Notes under the pieces: model-generated
What the model was told of the DNA's origin: nothing
Databases searched by the model: none
What the model saw: the letters and a program-made list of their open reading frames with translations, nothing else
Program-made: the position numbers and the translations under genes
Shown here: in pieces, positions 27,883 to 36,965 of the stretch
Layout: each line of letters begins with the position of its first letter
Position numbering within the stretch: the first letter of the stretch is position 1
NCBI GenBank assembly: GCA_020356025.1
Contig: CP070630.1
Location: 2,040,443-2,104,442 of the forward strand
Direction: 5' to 3'
DNA length: 64,000 nt
From: Dehalococcoidia bacterium
GTDB taxonomy: Bacteria; Chloroflexota; Dehalococcoidia; SM23-28-2

Positions 27883-28617
27883 ATGCTAGAGCTTTCGTTC
27901 TTGGGTTCAGGCAATGCTTTCGCCCCCGATGGGCGCTACTGGAGCTCGTTGCTGCTCAACGGCCGCTACCTGCTCGACGCGCCCCCCACTCTTCTCCCTC
28001 ACCTGAAGCGTCTGGGTGTTTCCCCAACCGATATCTGCACCATCTTCATCAGCCACTTCCACGGCGACCACTTCCTGGGGCTGCCCTTTCTCCTTCTTGA
28101 GTACCTTCACATGACGCCGCGGCAAGAGAATCTCTACATCGTGGGCCCGCCCGGCGTTGAGAAGGTGATTGAAGCGGCGGCCGAGCTGGCCTTCCCCAAC
28201 CTCAGCAACTCCGATGCTGGCTATCAGCGCTGCTATTTGGAGGCTGAGGCAGGCCGACAGCAAACGGTGAACGACCTCTCTTTTCAGGCCTTCTCCATGA
28301 AGCATGCTAACGCAGAGCTAGCCGCGTTCGGCTACAGGCTGAGCTTGGCAGATAAGGTGGTCGCCTACTCGGGCGATACGGAGCTCTGTGACGAACTCTT
28401 CGATCTGGCGGAAGGGGCAGACGTGCTGGTGCTGGACTGCAACTATAGCGAAAGCAGAGGCCTCTATCACGTGAGCTTCGCCGATGTGCCGGTGATCAGG
28501 AAGCGACTGCCACCCTCCACCACTATCATCCTCACCCACCTGGAGGCGGAGCCTGACGTCAGTGGCCTGGAAGGCGTGCTCGTCGCTCGCGACTTCGAAA
28601 CCTTCCGCTTTCCCTAA
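27883..28617 (+). CDS. MBL-fold metallohydrolase, RNase Z/BN-like
   Basis: LGSGNAF, SHFHGDH, YSGDT, LTH. Confidence 0.82.
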   Translation: MLELSFLGSGNAFAPDGRYWSSLLLNGRYLLDAPPTLLPHLKRLGVSPTDICTIFISHFHGDHFLGLPFLLLEYLHMTPRQENLYIVGPPGVEKVIEAAAELAFPNLSNSDAGYQRCYLEAEAGRQQTVNDLSFQAFSMKHANAELAAFGYRLSLADKVVAYSGDTELCDELFDLAEGADVLVLDCNYSESRGLYHVSFADVPVIRKRLPPSTTIILTHLEAEPDVSGLEGVLVARDFETFRFP

Positions 28618-28640
28618 TAGCGACCCCGCAAAGCAAGAAA

Positions 28641-28661
28641 GGCAGGGGTACTTCCCCTGCC
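28641..28661. terminator. Terminator between the convergent MBL and suf genes
   Basis: GGCAGGGG-tactt-CCCCTGCC; T-rich tail on the minus strand. Confidence 0.65.
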
Positions 28662-28695
28662 ATCGCCTTCCTCTTGGGCCGCCACCGGCCGTGGG

Positions 28696-29151
28696 CTAGC
28701 CCCGGCCTTTGCCGAATTCCTCCAGCGCCTCCTGCAGTGTGTTCCAGGCCAGGGTGGCGCACTTGACCCGCACCGGGAACTTGCGCACCCCCTGGAGGGC
28801 CTCCAGGTCGCCCAGGGCCTCCACATCCACCTCGTCGGAGCCGTACATCATGCCCTTAAACGTCTCGAACAGGGAATCCACTTCCTCCAGACTGAGACCC
28901 TTCACGGCCTCGGTCATCATGGAGGCCGAGGCCTGGCTTATGGAGCAGCCCTTGGCCTCGAAGCGCACGTCGGATACCCGGCCGTCGCGAATGTCCAGAT
29001 CGACCCTCACCTCGTCGCCGCAGAGGGGGTTGTCGCCCTCGCCGATCGCATTGGGCTGATCGAGCGAACCGCGGTTGCGGGGGTTGCGATAGTGGTCGAG
29101 GATGATCTCCCGATAGAGCTCATCCAGCTCCACGTCTCTATCCAGAGGCAT
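28696..29151 (-). CDS. sufU: SufU/IscU-type sulfur-transfer scaffold
   Basis: ILDHYRNPRN, NPLCGD, GCSISQASAS, RVKCATLAW. Confidence 0.93.
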   Translation of the reverse strand: MPLDRDVELDELYREIILDHYRNPRNRGSLDQPNAIGEGDNPLCGDEVRVDLDIRDGRVSDVRFEAKGCSISQASASMMTEAVKGLSLEEVDSLFETFKGMMYGSDEVDVEALGDLEALQGVRKFPVRVKCATLAWNTLQEALEEFGKGRG

Positions 29152-30397
29152 GGCTGAAGAAGGCTCTCGCTTTCTCAACACCCTCAATGAGTGCATCCAC
29201 CTCTTCCAGGGTGTTGTAGATGTAGAAGCTGGCGCGGGCGGTGCCCGCCATATCGAAGCGCCGCATCAACGGCTGAGCGCAGTGGTGGCCGGCCCTTATG
29301 GCCACACCTTCCCGATCCAGGATCGTCCCCACATCGTGAGCATGGATGTCAGGGTAGTTGAAGGATGCTACACCGCCTCGGCGGGAGGTGTCCTGGGGGC
29401 CGTAGATAATGATGTCCTCCAGTTGGCGAAGGCGGCGCAGGGCGTATGCGGTCAGCTCCTGCTCATGGGCACGGACGTTGTCCATGCCCAGGGCCGACAG
29501 GTAGTCCAGCGCGGCACCGAAAGCGATGACATCGGCGATGTTGGGGGTGCCCGCCTCGAACTTCCAGGGCACATCGTTCCAGCTGGCACCCTCCAGGCGC
29601 ACGCGGCTGATCATCTCCCCGCCGCTCTGGAAGGGCTCCATCTCCTCCAGCAGCTCGTAGCGGGCGTAGAGGACGCCAACCCCCGTGGGGCCCAGCATTT
29701 TGTGAGCGGAGAATGCCAGGAAGTCGCAGTCTATCGCCTGAACGTCCACCGGCATGTGAGGGACGCTCTGAGCCCCGTCCACCACCGCCAGGGCGCCTCG
29801 CCGATGGGCTGCCGCGATGATCTTGTCTAGGACGTTGATGGTGCCGAAGGCATTGGATACCTGGGTTACGCTCACCAGCTTCGTCTTCTCAGTGATAATG
29901 TCGTCCAGTCCGTCCAGGTCGAGGGTCCCCTCATCGCTGACGCCTATGTACTTGATGGTGGCCCCCACCTCCTGGGCCAGGCGCTGCCAGGGAACCATGT
30001 TGCTGTGGTGCTCCATCTGAGTGAGGACGATCTCGTCCCCCTTTTTCACGTTGGCCCGACCCCAAGCATAGGCGATCAGGTTCAGGGCCTCGGTGGCGCT
30101 GCGCGTGAAGACGATGCTCTCCGGCCGAGACGCATTGATGAACTGAGAGACCTTGGCCCGTGTCTCCTCATAGGCGGCGGTGGCCTCCTCGCCCAGCGTA
30201 TGAATGGCCCTGTGGATGTTGGCGTTCTGGTGTTCGTAGTAGTGGACCAGCGCGTCGATGACGGCCCGCGGCTTCTGAGTTGTGGCGGCGTTGTCCAGGT
30301 AGACCAGCGGCTTGCCGTGCACCTGGCGACCAAGGATGGGGAAATCCCGCCGGATGGCCTGCACGTCGAACACCGTCTTCGCCTTTGACGGCTTCAT
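29138..30397 (-). CDS. sufS: Cysteine desulfurase SufS
   Basis: YLDNAATTQKP, SAHKMLGPTG, RAGHHCAQP. Confidence 0.95.
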   Translation of the reverse strand: MKPSKAKTVFDVQAIRRDFPILGRQVHGKPLVYLDNAATTQKPRAVIDALVHYYEHQNANIHRAIHTLGEEATAAYEETRAKVSQFINASRPESIVFTRSATEALNLIAYAWGRANVKKGDEIVLTQMEHHSNMVPWQRLAQEVGATIKYIGVSDEGTLDLDGLDDIITEKTKLVSVTQVSNAFGTINVLDKIIAAAHRRGALAVVDGAQSVPHMPVDVQAIDCDFLAFSAHKMLGPTGVGVLYARYELLEEMEPFQSGGEMISRVRLEGASWNDVPWKFEAGTPNIADVIAFGAALDYLSALGMDNVRAHEQELTAYALRRLRQLEDIIIYGPQDTSRRGGVASFNYPDIHAHDVGTILDREGVAIRAGHHCAQPLMRRFDMAGTARASFYIYNTLEEVDALIEGVEKARAFFSHASG

Positions 30398-30705
30398 GGC
30401 ATCGCCACCTGGATCTCGCTGCCCTCCACCCTGAGGGGATAGGTGTTGAGGGGCTTGACGGCGGGCAGGGCCAGCACCTTGCCCGTCTTCACGTTAAAGC
30501 GCGCGCCGTGCCGCGGGCACTCGATGACGTCGCTCTGCAGTTCGCCTTGATCCAGGGGGCCGCCGTCGTGCGTGCAGATGTCGTCGATGGCGAAGAACTC
30601 CCCCTCCACGTTGCATAGAGCGATACGCCTATCGCCCACAACCACCACCTTCACCCTTCCCGCCGGGATCTCGTTTGTCTCCGCTACCTTGATGAAGTCG
30701 CTCAT
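30394..30705 (-). CDS. Rieske-type ferredoxin within the suf operon
   Basis: CTHDGGPL ... CPRHGARF; ATGA coupling on both sides. Confidence 0.92.
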   Translation of the reverse strand: MSDFIKVAETNEIPAGRVKVVVVGDRRIALCNVEGEFFAIDDICTHDGGPLDQGELQSDVIECPRHGARFNVKTGKVLALPAVKPLNTYPLRVEGSEIQVAMP

Positions 30706-32060
30706 GGCATCGCCAATCCCAGTTTCTCATCGACCGCCCGTCGCAGTCTATGCTGGATGGCTGGCAGGGGGATCGCCTCCAGAACGGGCTCGAAGAAGCC
30801 GTCCACGATGAGCTTCTGGGCGTCTCGGCGGCTGAGGCCACGGCTCATCAGGTAGAAAAGCTGGGCCTCGTCGACCTGGCCGACGGTAGCTGCGTGGCTG
30901 CAGCGCCTGATGTCGCTGGCCTCGATCTCCAGCGGCAGGATGGGATGAGCCTTGGCCCCCTCGCTGAGGATGAGGTTGCGCACCGTTTGGCCGGCGTCGG
31001 TGCCGCGCGCATCGCCGTGCACCCGCACGTTACCCAGATGCACCGACATAGCCTGGTCCTTGACCACCACCTTGAACAACAGATCGCTGGAGCAGTCAGC
31101 GGCGATGTGCTCCTGCAACGTCTGGTGGTCGAAGTGCTGGTCGTCGCCGCCGAAGACCACGCCTCGCATCTGGGCGTTGGCTCCGGGGCCTTCCAGCACG
31201 CTCTCCACGAAGAACTTGGTGAGCTCTCCCCCAAGGCCGATGATCAGGGAGTCCAGGCTGCTGTCTCCCTCCAGCAGATGACGTTGCGCTCCCAGGTTGT
31301 ACACCTGCCGTCCCAGTTGCTGCACCGAGATGTGGCGGAGTTGCGCCCCCTCTCCCAGATAGACCTCGGTGGCACCGCAGGAGAGGGCTTGGCCGTCCAT
31401 CTCCGGCGAGCACTGCTCGGCGATGAAGGTGAGTTTGCTCCCTGCCTCCAGCACGATGAGGGTGTGGGGGAAGACGGCCAGCCCCGGTCTGGCCAACCAC
31501 TGGCAGGCTCGCAAGGGCAACTCTACCTCCACTCCCTTGGGTACGTAGACGAAGGTGCCGCCGCTCCACATGGCTCCGTGGAGAGCGACGAACTTACTGT
31601 GCTCTGGAGGCAGGCAGCGGGTCATGAAGTATCGCTTCACCAGCTCCGGCTGCTCGCCGACGGCCTCCTCCAGGCTGGCGAAGATGACCCCTTGCTTCGC
31701 TGCTTCTTCCGCTGGCGAGGCGTGAACCACCTGCGAGTCGTGCTGGATCAGGAGGCCGCTCTCCGGCCGGCTCTTGTCCAGCAAGGCGCATAACCCCTGG
31801 GGCAGCTCGGCTATGCTGTCTGCGTGAGGGGAGGGCGCTTCGGCGAATGGCAGGAGCTCGTCGAGGGCGAGGGCGCTGATATCGGTGCGCCGCCAGTCCT
31901 CGTCCTGAAGCGTGGGCATGGGCGTGGCCTCGTAGACCCGCCAGGCCTCCAGGCGACGCTGCCGCAGCCAGGGCGGCTCGCTATGAAGGGAGGATAGCTC
32001 CTCCACTACCTGACGGGAGAACCCCTTCGCCGCCTGTTTCATGATCGGCGTCAACGGCAC
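30702..32060 (-). CDS. sufD: Fe-S assembly protein SufD
   Basis: EDWRRTD, P.LEI, CSHAATVG, FYLMSRG. Confidence 0.92.
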   Translation of the reverse strand: MPLTPIMKQAAKGFSRQVVEELSSLHSEPPWLRQRRLEAWRVYEATPMPTLQDEDWRRTDISALALDELLPFAEAPSPHADSIAELPQGLCALLDKSRPESGLLIQHDSQVVHASPAEEAAKQGVIFASLEEAVGEQPELVKRYFMTRCLPPEHSKFVALHGAMWSGGTFVYVPKGVEVELPLRACQWLARPGLAVFPHTLIVLEAGSKLTFIAEQCSPEMDGQALSCGATEVYLGEGAQLRHISVQQLGRQVYNLGAQRHLLEGDSSLDSLIIGLGGELTKFFVESVLEGPGANAQMRGVVFGGDDQHFDHQTLQEHIAADCSSDLLFKVVVKDQAMSVHLGNVRVHGDARGTDAGQTVRNLILSEGAKAHPILPLEIEASDIRRCSHAATVGQVDEAQLFYLMSRGLSRRDAQKLIVDGFFEPVLEAIPLPAIQHRLRRAVDEKLGLAMP

Positions 32061-32168
32061 AATTCCTTTTGCTCAAGCGCGAGCGTCGCTACCGGTTCCC
32101 TGGGACGAAAGAGATGCCCGCTCTCCCCTGTCTAGCGCCAGGCTTGCCGGGGGAAAGCCATCCCCGGC

Positions 32169-33578
32169 CTAGCCGACAGCCCCCTCCATCTGGAGCTGGA
32201 TGAGACGGTTCAACTCCACCGCATACTCCATGGGCAGTTCCTTGACGACGGGCTCGATGAAGCCACTCACGACCAGAGTTGCCGCCTCCGTCTCGCTGAG
32301 CCCGCGGCTCATCAGATAGAAGAGTTGCTCGGCGGCGATCTTGCTGACCGTCGCCTCGTGGCCGATGCTTACCTGCTCCTCCTCGATCTCCATGTAGGGG
32401 TAGGTATCGGAGCGGGAGTCGTCGTCTAGGACCAGGGCATCGCAGCGAACGCTCGCCTTCGCTCCCACGCTGCCCGGATAGGCCTTTACCAGGCCGCGGT
32501 AGCTGCTGCGACCGCCGTCCTTGCTGATCGACTTGGAGACTACCACCGATGACGTGTGGGGAGCGGCGTGCACCATCTTGGCGCCGGCGTCCTGATGCTG
32601 ACCCTTGCCGGCGAAGGCCAGGGAAAGCATCTCACCGTGCGCCCCCGGTTCCATAAGGAAGACGGCAGGATACTTCATATTGAGCTTGCTGCCCAGGTTG
32701 CCGTCCACCCACTCCATGATCGAGTCCTGGTAGGCCACCGCCCGCTTCGTCACCAGGTTGTAAACGTTGGTGGACCAGTTCTGGATGGTGGTGTAGCGCA
32801 CGCGGGCTCCCGGCTTGATGATGACCTCCACCACCGCTGCATGGAGGGAGTCGGCGCTATAGATGGGGGCGGTGCAGCCCTCCACATAGTGTAGATAGCT
32901 GCCCGGCTCGGCGATGATCAGCGTGCGCTCGAATTGGCCTAGCTTCTCGGCGTTGATGCGGAAGTAGGCCTGGAGGGGGACGTCCACCTGAACGCCCTCG
33001 GGCACGTAGATGAAGCTGCCGCCGCTCCACACCGCCGAGTTGAGGGCAGCGAACTTGTTGTCGGCCAGCGGCACCACCGTGCCGAAGTACTCCCGGAACA
33101 GCTCGGGATGCTCGCGCAGGGCGGTGTCCGTGTCCAGGAACAGCACTCCTTGCTTCGCCAGCTCCTCACGCAGGTTGTGATAGACGACCTCCGAGTCGTA
33201 TTGAGCGCCCACGCCAGCCAGGAACTCCCGCTCGGCCTGGGGGACGCCCAGCTTGTCGAACGTTCGCTTGATGTATTGAGGGACGTTGTCCCAGTCACGC
33301 ACTTGGCGGTCGGTGGGCTTGACGTAATAGTAGATCTCGTCGAAGTTGATGCCCGACAGGTCACCGCCCCACGTAGGCAGGGGCTTCTTCCGGAAGACCT
33401 CCAGAGCCCGCAGGCGGAGGTCGCGCATCCAGGCGGGCTCCTCCTTCATTCCGGAGATCTCCTTCACAACCTCCGGCGACAGGCCCGGCCGCGCCTGAAA
33501 GAGAGGCTTCTCGCTGTCGCGGAAACCGTACTTCTGAGCGTAGTCAGCCTGGGGGGCTTCTACAGCCTTCTTAGCCAT
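32169..33578 (-). CDS. sufB: Fe-S assembly protein SufB
   Basis: [32 protein letters not shown]. Confidence 0.96.
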   Translation of the reverse strand: MAKKAVEAPQADYAQKYGFRDSEKPLFQARPGLSPEVVKEISGMKEEPAWMRDLRLRALEVFRKKPLPTWGGDLSGINFDEIYYYVKPTDRQVRDWDNVPQYIKRTFDKLGVPQAEREFLAGVGAQYDSEVVYHNLREELAKQGVLFLDTDTALREHPELFREYFGTVVPLADNKFAALNSAVWSGGSFIYVPEGVQVDVPLQAYFRINAEKLGQFERTLIIAEPGSYLHYVEGCTAPIYSADSLHAAVVEVIIKPGARVRYTTIQNWSTNVYNLVTKRAVAYQDSIMEWVDGNLGSKLNMKYPAVFLMEPGAHGEMLSLAFAGKGQHQDAGAKMVHAAPHTSSVVVSKSISKDGGRSSYRGLVKAYPGSVGAKASVRCDALVLDDDSRSDTYPYMEIEEEQVSIGHEATVSKIAAEQLFYLMSRGLSETEAATLVVSGFIEPVVKELPMEYAVELNRLIQLQMEGAVG

Positions 33579-33590
33579 TCTGCCTCTAAC

Positions 33591-34343
33591 CTAGGCTACT
33601 GCCTCGCCGGCAATCCACTCGTAGCCCTTGGCCTCCAGCTCCTGAGCCAGTTCCATGCCGCCCGAGCGGACGATGCGGCCGTCGAAGAGGACGTGCACGA
33701 AATGAGGGTCGACGTAGTTCAGTATACGCTGGTAGTGGGTGATCAGCAGCATCCCCATGTGAGGCCCGGCCAGCTTATTGATGCCGTTGGCCACCGACCG
33801 CAGGGCGTCGATGTCCAGGCCTGAGTCGGCCTCGTCCAGGACGGCCATCTCGGGCTCCAGCATGGCCAGCTGAAGGATTTCGTTTCGCTTCTTCTCGCCG
33901 CCCGAGAAGCCCTCATTGACGTAGCGCTCGGAGAAGGAGCGGTTCATCTCCAGCAGGGCCATCTTCTCGAAGAGCTGCTTGCGGAACTCGGTGACGGAGG
34001 GCTCCTCACCCTTGCTGGCCTTCAGGGCCATGCGCAGGAAGTGGCGCACCTTCACCCCTGGGATCTCCACAGGGTACTGGAAGGCCAGGAACATCCCCTG
34101 ACGGGCCCGCTCGTCGGGCGGAAGCGAAAGGACATCCTTGCCCTTCAGCAGCACCCGCCCCTGAGTTATCTGAAACCGGGGGTGGCCCATGAGGGTGTGA
34201 GCCAGGGTGCTCTTGCCGGAGCCGTTGGGCCCCATGAGGGCATGCACCTCCCCCCGCTCAACGGTCAGGTTCACCCCTTTGAGGATCTCCTTGCCCTCTA
34301 CGCTTACGTGGAGGTCTTCGATGACGAACAGTGGTTTAGGCAT
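33591..34343 (-). CDS. sufC: Fe-S assembly ATPase SufC
   Basis: [31 protein letters not shown]. Confidence 0.96.
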   Translation of the reverse strand: MPKPLFVIEDLHVSVEGKEILKGVNLTVERGEVHALMGPNGSGKSTLAHTLMGHPRFQITQGRVLLKGKDVLSLPPDERARQGMFLAFQYPVEIPGVKVRHFLRMALKASKGEEPSVTEFRKQLFEKMALLEMNRSFSERYVNEGFSGGEKKRNEILQLAMLEPEMAVLDEADSGLDIDALRSVANGINKLAGPHMGMLLITHYQRILNYVDPHFVHVLFDGRIVRSGGMELAQELEAKGYEWIAGEAVA

Positions 34344-34469
34344 CTCTCCAAGGGAATATCAGAACATTTTACTGTGTAAAGCTGCCAGGGCGTATTCTAT
34401 CATAGCCACCTTCTTCTTTCAACCGTTTTGCGTGGCCTTTGGCCAAAATGCGGGCATGGTCCTTGTTCC

Positions 34470-34498
34470 TTGACAGCCAGCTAGGCCCGTGCTACTTT
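34470..34498 (+). promoter_or_regulatory. Sigma70-type promoter upstream of iscS
   Basis: TTGACA-N17-TACTTT with extended TG. Confidence 0.55.
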
Positions 34499-34582
34499 GA
34501 CGATGCTGGACCGCCCCGATATGCTTGTCTCCCGCTAGGCAGGTCGGGGCGGCGTCCGATCCTAAGGCATTTGTGCGGCACC

Positions 34583-35821
34583 ATGGCCGAGCGCATTTAC
34601 CTCGATCACGCTGCCACCACCCCTCTAGACTCGCCCGTCCTGGAGGCGATGCTCCCCTATCTTACTCGCTACTGGGGTAATCCTTCCAGCCTGTACACCG
34701 AGGCACAGGAGGCCCGCAAGGGCCTGGATGCTGCCCGCCGGTCGGTAGCCGAGCTGCTGGGCTGCAAGCCCCAGGAGGTCATCTTCACCAGCGGCGGCAG
34801 CGAGAGCAACAGCCTGGTCATCCGTGGTGCTGCCTACGCCAGCCGTCGCGCCCTGCCGGCCGGTAGGCGGAGCCGCCACATTGTCACCTCCGCCATCGAG
34901 CACCACGCCGTCCTCCACACAGTGCAGCAACTGGAGAAGGAAGGCTTTCGGGTCACCTACTTGCCCGTGGATCGTCATGGCTTCATCGACCTGCCCGCTC
35001 TGGAGGCGGCGGTGACCGCCGAGACGATCCTGGTGAGCATCATGTACGCCAACAACGAGGTGGGTAGCGTGGAGCCCATCGCCCGGGCGGCGGGGATCAT
35101 CAAGGAGAAGAACCGCCATACCGTCTTCCACACCGACGCCGTGCAGGCGGTGGGCACCCTTGACATCAACGTCGATCGCCTGGGGGTAGACATGCTGACC
35201 ATCGCTGGCCACAAGATCTACGGGCCTAAAGGGGTGGGCGCCCTCTACGTGCGCAGTCGCACGCCCTTCCAGCCTCAGATACTGGGAGGCTCCCAGGAAC
35301 GTAACCGCCGGGCAGGCACCGAGAACGTGGCTGGCGCTGTGGGCCTGGCCAAGGCTATGGAGCTGGCCTGCAGCGAGTTCGACAGCCGCAACGCCCACTA
35401 TCGCTCCCTGCGCGACCGCCTGATGAGCGAACTGCCGGCCCGCATACCCCATACCCACATCACCGGGCCGTTGGACCCCGGCCGGCGTCTGTCCAACAGC
35501 TTCAGTTGCTGCTTTCAGTTCGTGCAGGGAGAGGCGGTGCTCATGGCCCTGGACCTCCAGGGCATCGCTGCCTCCAGCGGCTCGGCCTGCACCTCCGGCT
35601 CGCTGGAGCCCTCCCACGTTCTGGTGGCCATGGGCCTATCGGAGGAGTTGGCGCGAGGCAGCCTGCGTCTTACCGTGGGCAAGGACAACACGATGGAAGA
35701 GATCGACCGCCTGCTGGAGGTGCTGCCGCCCATCGTCGCCAAGCTGCGGGACTTATCGCCCCTGTGGCGGCAGGCTGATGAAGCGGGTTCGGGCCCGAGC
35801 AGTCCCCCTGGTGGCAATTAA
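34583..35821 (+). CDS. iscS: Cysteine desulfurase, IscS/NifS group
   Basis: YLDHAATT, GNPSS, HTDAVQA, GHKIYGPKG, SSGSACTSG. Confidence 0.92.
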   Translation: MAERIYLDHAATTPLDSPVLEAMLPYLTRYWGNPSSLYTEAQEARKGLDAARRSVAELLGCKPQEVIFTSGGSESNSLVIRGAAYASRRALPAGRRSRHIVTSAIEHHAVLHTVQQLEKEGFRVTYLPVDRHGFIDLPALEAAVTAETILVSIMYANNEVGSVEPIARAAGIIKEKNRHTVFHTDAVQAVGTLDINVDRLGVDMLTIAGHKIYGPKGVGALYVRSRTPFQPQILGGSQERNRRAGTENVAGAVGLAKAMELACSEFDSRNAHYRSLRDRLMSELPARIPHTHITGPLDPGRRLSNSFSCCFQFVQGEAVLMALDLQGIAASSGSACTSGSLEPSHVLVAMGLSEELARGSLRLTVGKDNTMEEIDRLLEVLPPIVAKLRDLSPLWRQADEAGSGPSSPPGGN

Positions 35822-35868
35822 GGGCGTTGTGATACGATAACCCAGCACCGCCATTCCTGGAGGACAGC

Positions 35869-36486
35869 TTGGACGACCTAGAAGAATCTCTTCAACAGAA
35901 TCTCCTGATCACCTCTGTTGACCACGTCCTGAACTGGGCTCGTCGGTCTTCTCTCTGGCCAGTCACCTTCGGTCTGGCCTGCTGCGCCATTGAGATGATC
36001 GCCACATTCGCTCCCCGCTATGATATCTCTCGCTTCGGGGCCGAGGTGATGCGCCCTTCGCCCCGCCAGGCCGACTTCATGATGGTGTCGGGCACCGTCA
36101 CCTGGAAGATGGCGCCGGTGGTGCGGCGGCTCTATCTGCAAATGGCTGAGCCGAAGTGGGTGATCTCCATGGGAAGCTGCGCCAACATCGGCGGGCCTTT
36201 CGCCTACGGCTACAGCGTGCTGCCCGGCGTCAGGTTGATCATCCCCGTCGACGTGTACGTGCCTGGCTGTCCACCCCGCCCGGAGTCATTGCTCCAGGGG
36301 CTAATGCTTCTTCAGCAGAAGATCGACCGCCTGAGCATCAGCGGCGAGCGCGAGCGGGAGGAGCCCAGCGGCGATTTCTCCCAGTATCTGCCGCCGGACG
36401 ACCCCGTGCGCAAGGAGCTGGAGTCCCTCTTCCCGCCCTACCCGCGAGACGAACGCTCGCCCGAGCCAGAGAGGTTAGCGGGATAA
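35869..36486 (+). CDS. nuoB: NADH-quinone oxidoreductase subunit B
   Basis: [35 protein letters not shown]. Confidence 0.92.
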   Translation: MDDLEESLQQNLLITSVDHVLNWARRSSLWPVTFGLACCAIEMIATFAPRYDISRFGAEVMRPSPRQADFMMVSGTVTWKMAPVVRRLYLQMAEPKWVISMGSCANIGGPFAYGYSVLPGVRLIIPVDVYVPGCPPRPESLLQGLMLLQQKIDRLSISGEREREEPSGDFSQYLPPDDPVRKELESLFPPYPRDERSPEPERLAG

Positions 36487-36956
36487 TGTACGGTCTCGGC
36501 ATTGCCAAGGGTCTGTTCGCTACCCTGAGACAATTGTTCCGGCGGCCTTTCACCGTTCAGTATCCCGAGGAGGCGCGTCAAGTGCCGCCGCGCGCCCGTA
36601 CCAACCTCCTCTGGTTCGACGAGCGCTGCACCGGCTGTAGCACCTGTGCCCAGGCCTGCCCCGACGGCTGCATTCTGGTGGTCACCAGCCCCCGGGAGGA
36701 CGGCAGTCTGAACAAAGACCGCTATGAGATCGACTTCCGCCTCTGCATGTTCTGCGGCTTGTGCGTGGAAGCCTGCCCCTACGAAGCCATCCAGTCAGGC
36801 GGGCCCTTTGATGACGCGGTCTACGTCTTCGACGACATGTACAGGGACAAAGACGCGCTGACCCGCATGGCCCAGGTCTACCTGGACAGCCACGACTACA
36901 CCTATCCCAATGGCAAGAATGCCCCCAGGCCGGGCGAACTGATATCGCTGAAGTGA
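36486..36956 (+). CDS. nuoI: NADH-quinone oxidoreductase subunit I (2x[4Fe-4S])
   Basis: TVQYPEE, CTGCSTCAQAC, CMFCGLCVEACP; TAATG coupling to nuoB. Confidence 0.88.
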   Translation: MYGLGIAKGLFATLRQLFRRPFTVQYPEEARQVPPRARTNLLWFDERCTGCSTCAQACPDGCILVVTSPREDGSLNKDRYEIDFRLCMFCGLCVEACPYEAIQSGGPFDDAVYVFDDMYRDKDALTRMAQVYLDSHDYTYPNGKNAPRPGELISLK

Positions 36957-36965
36957 GGACGGTAA

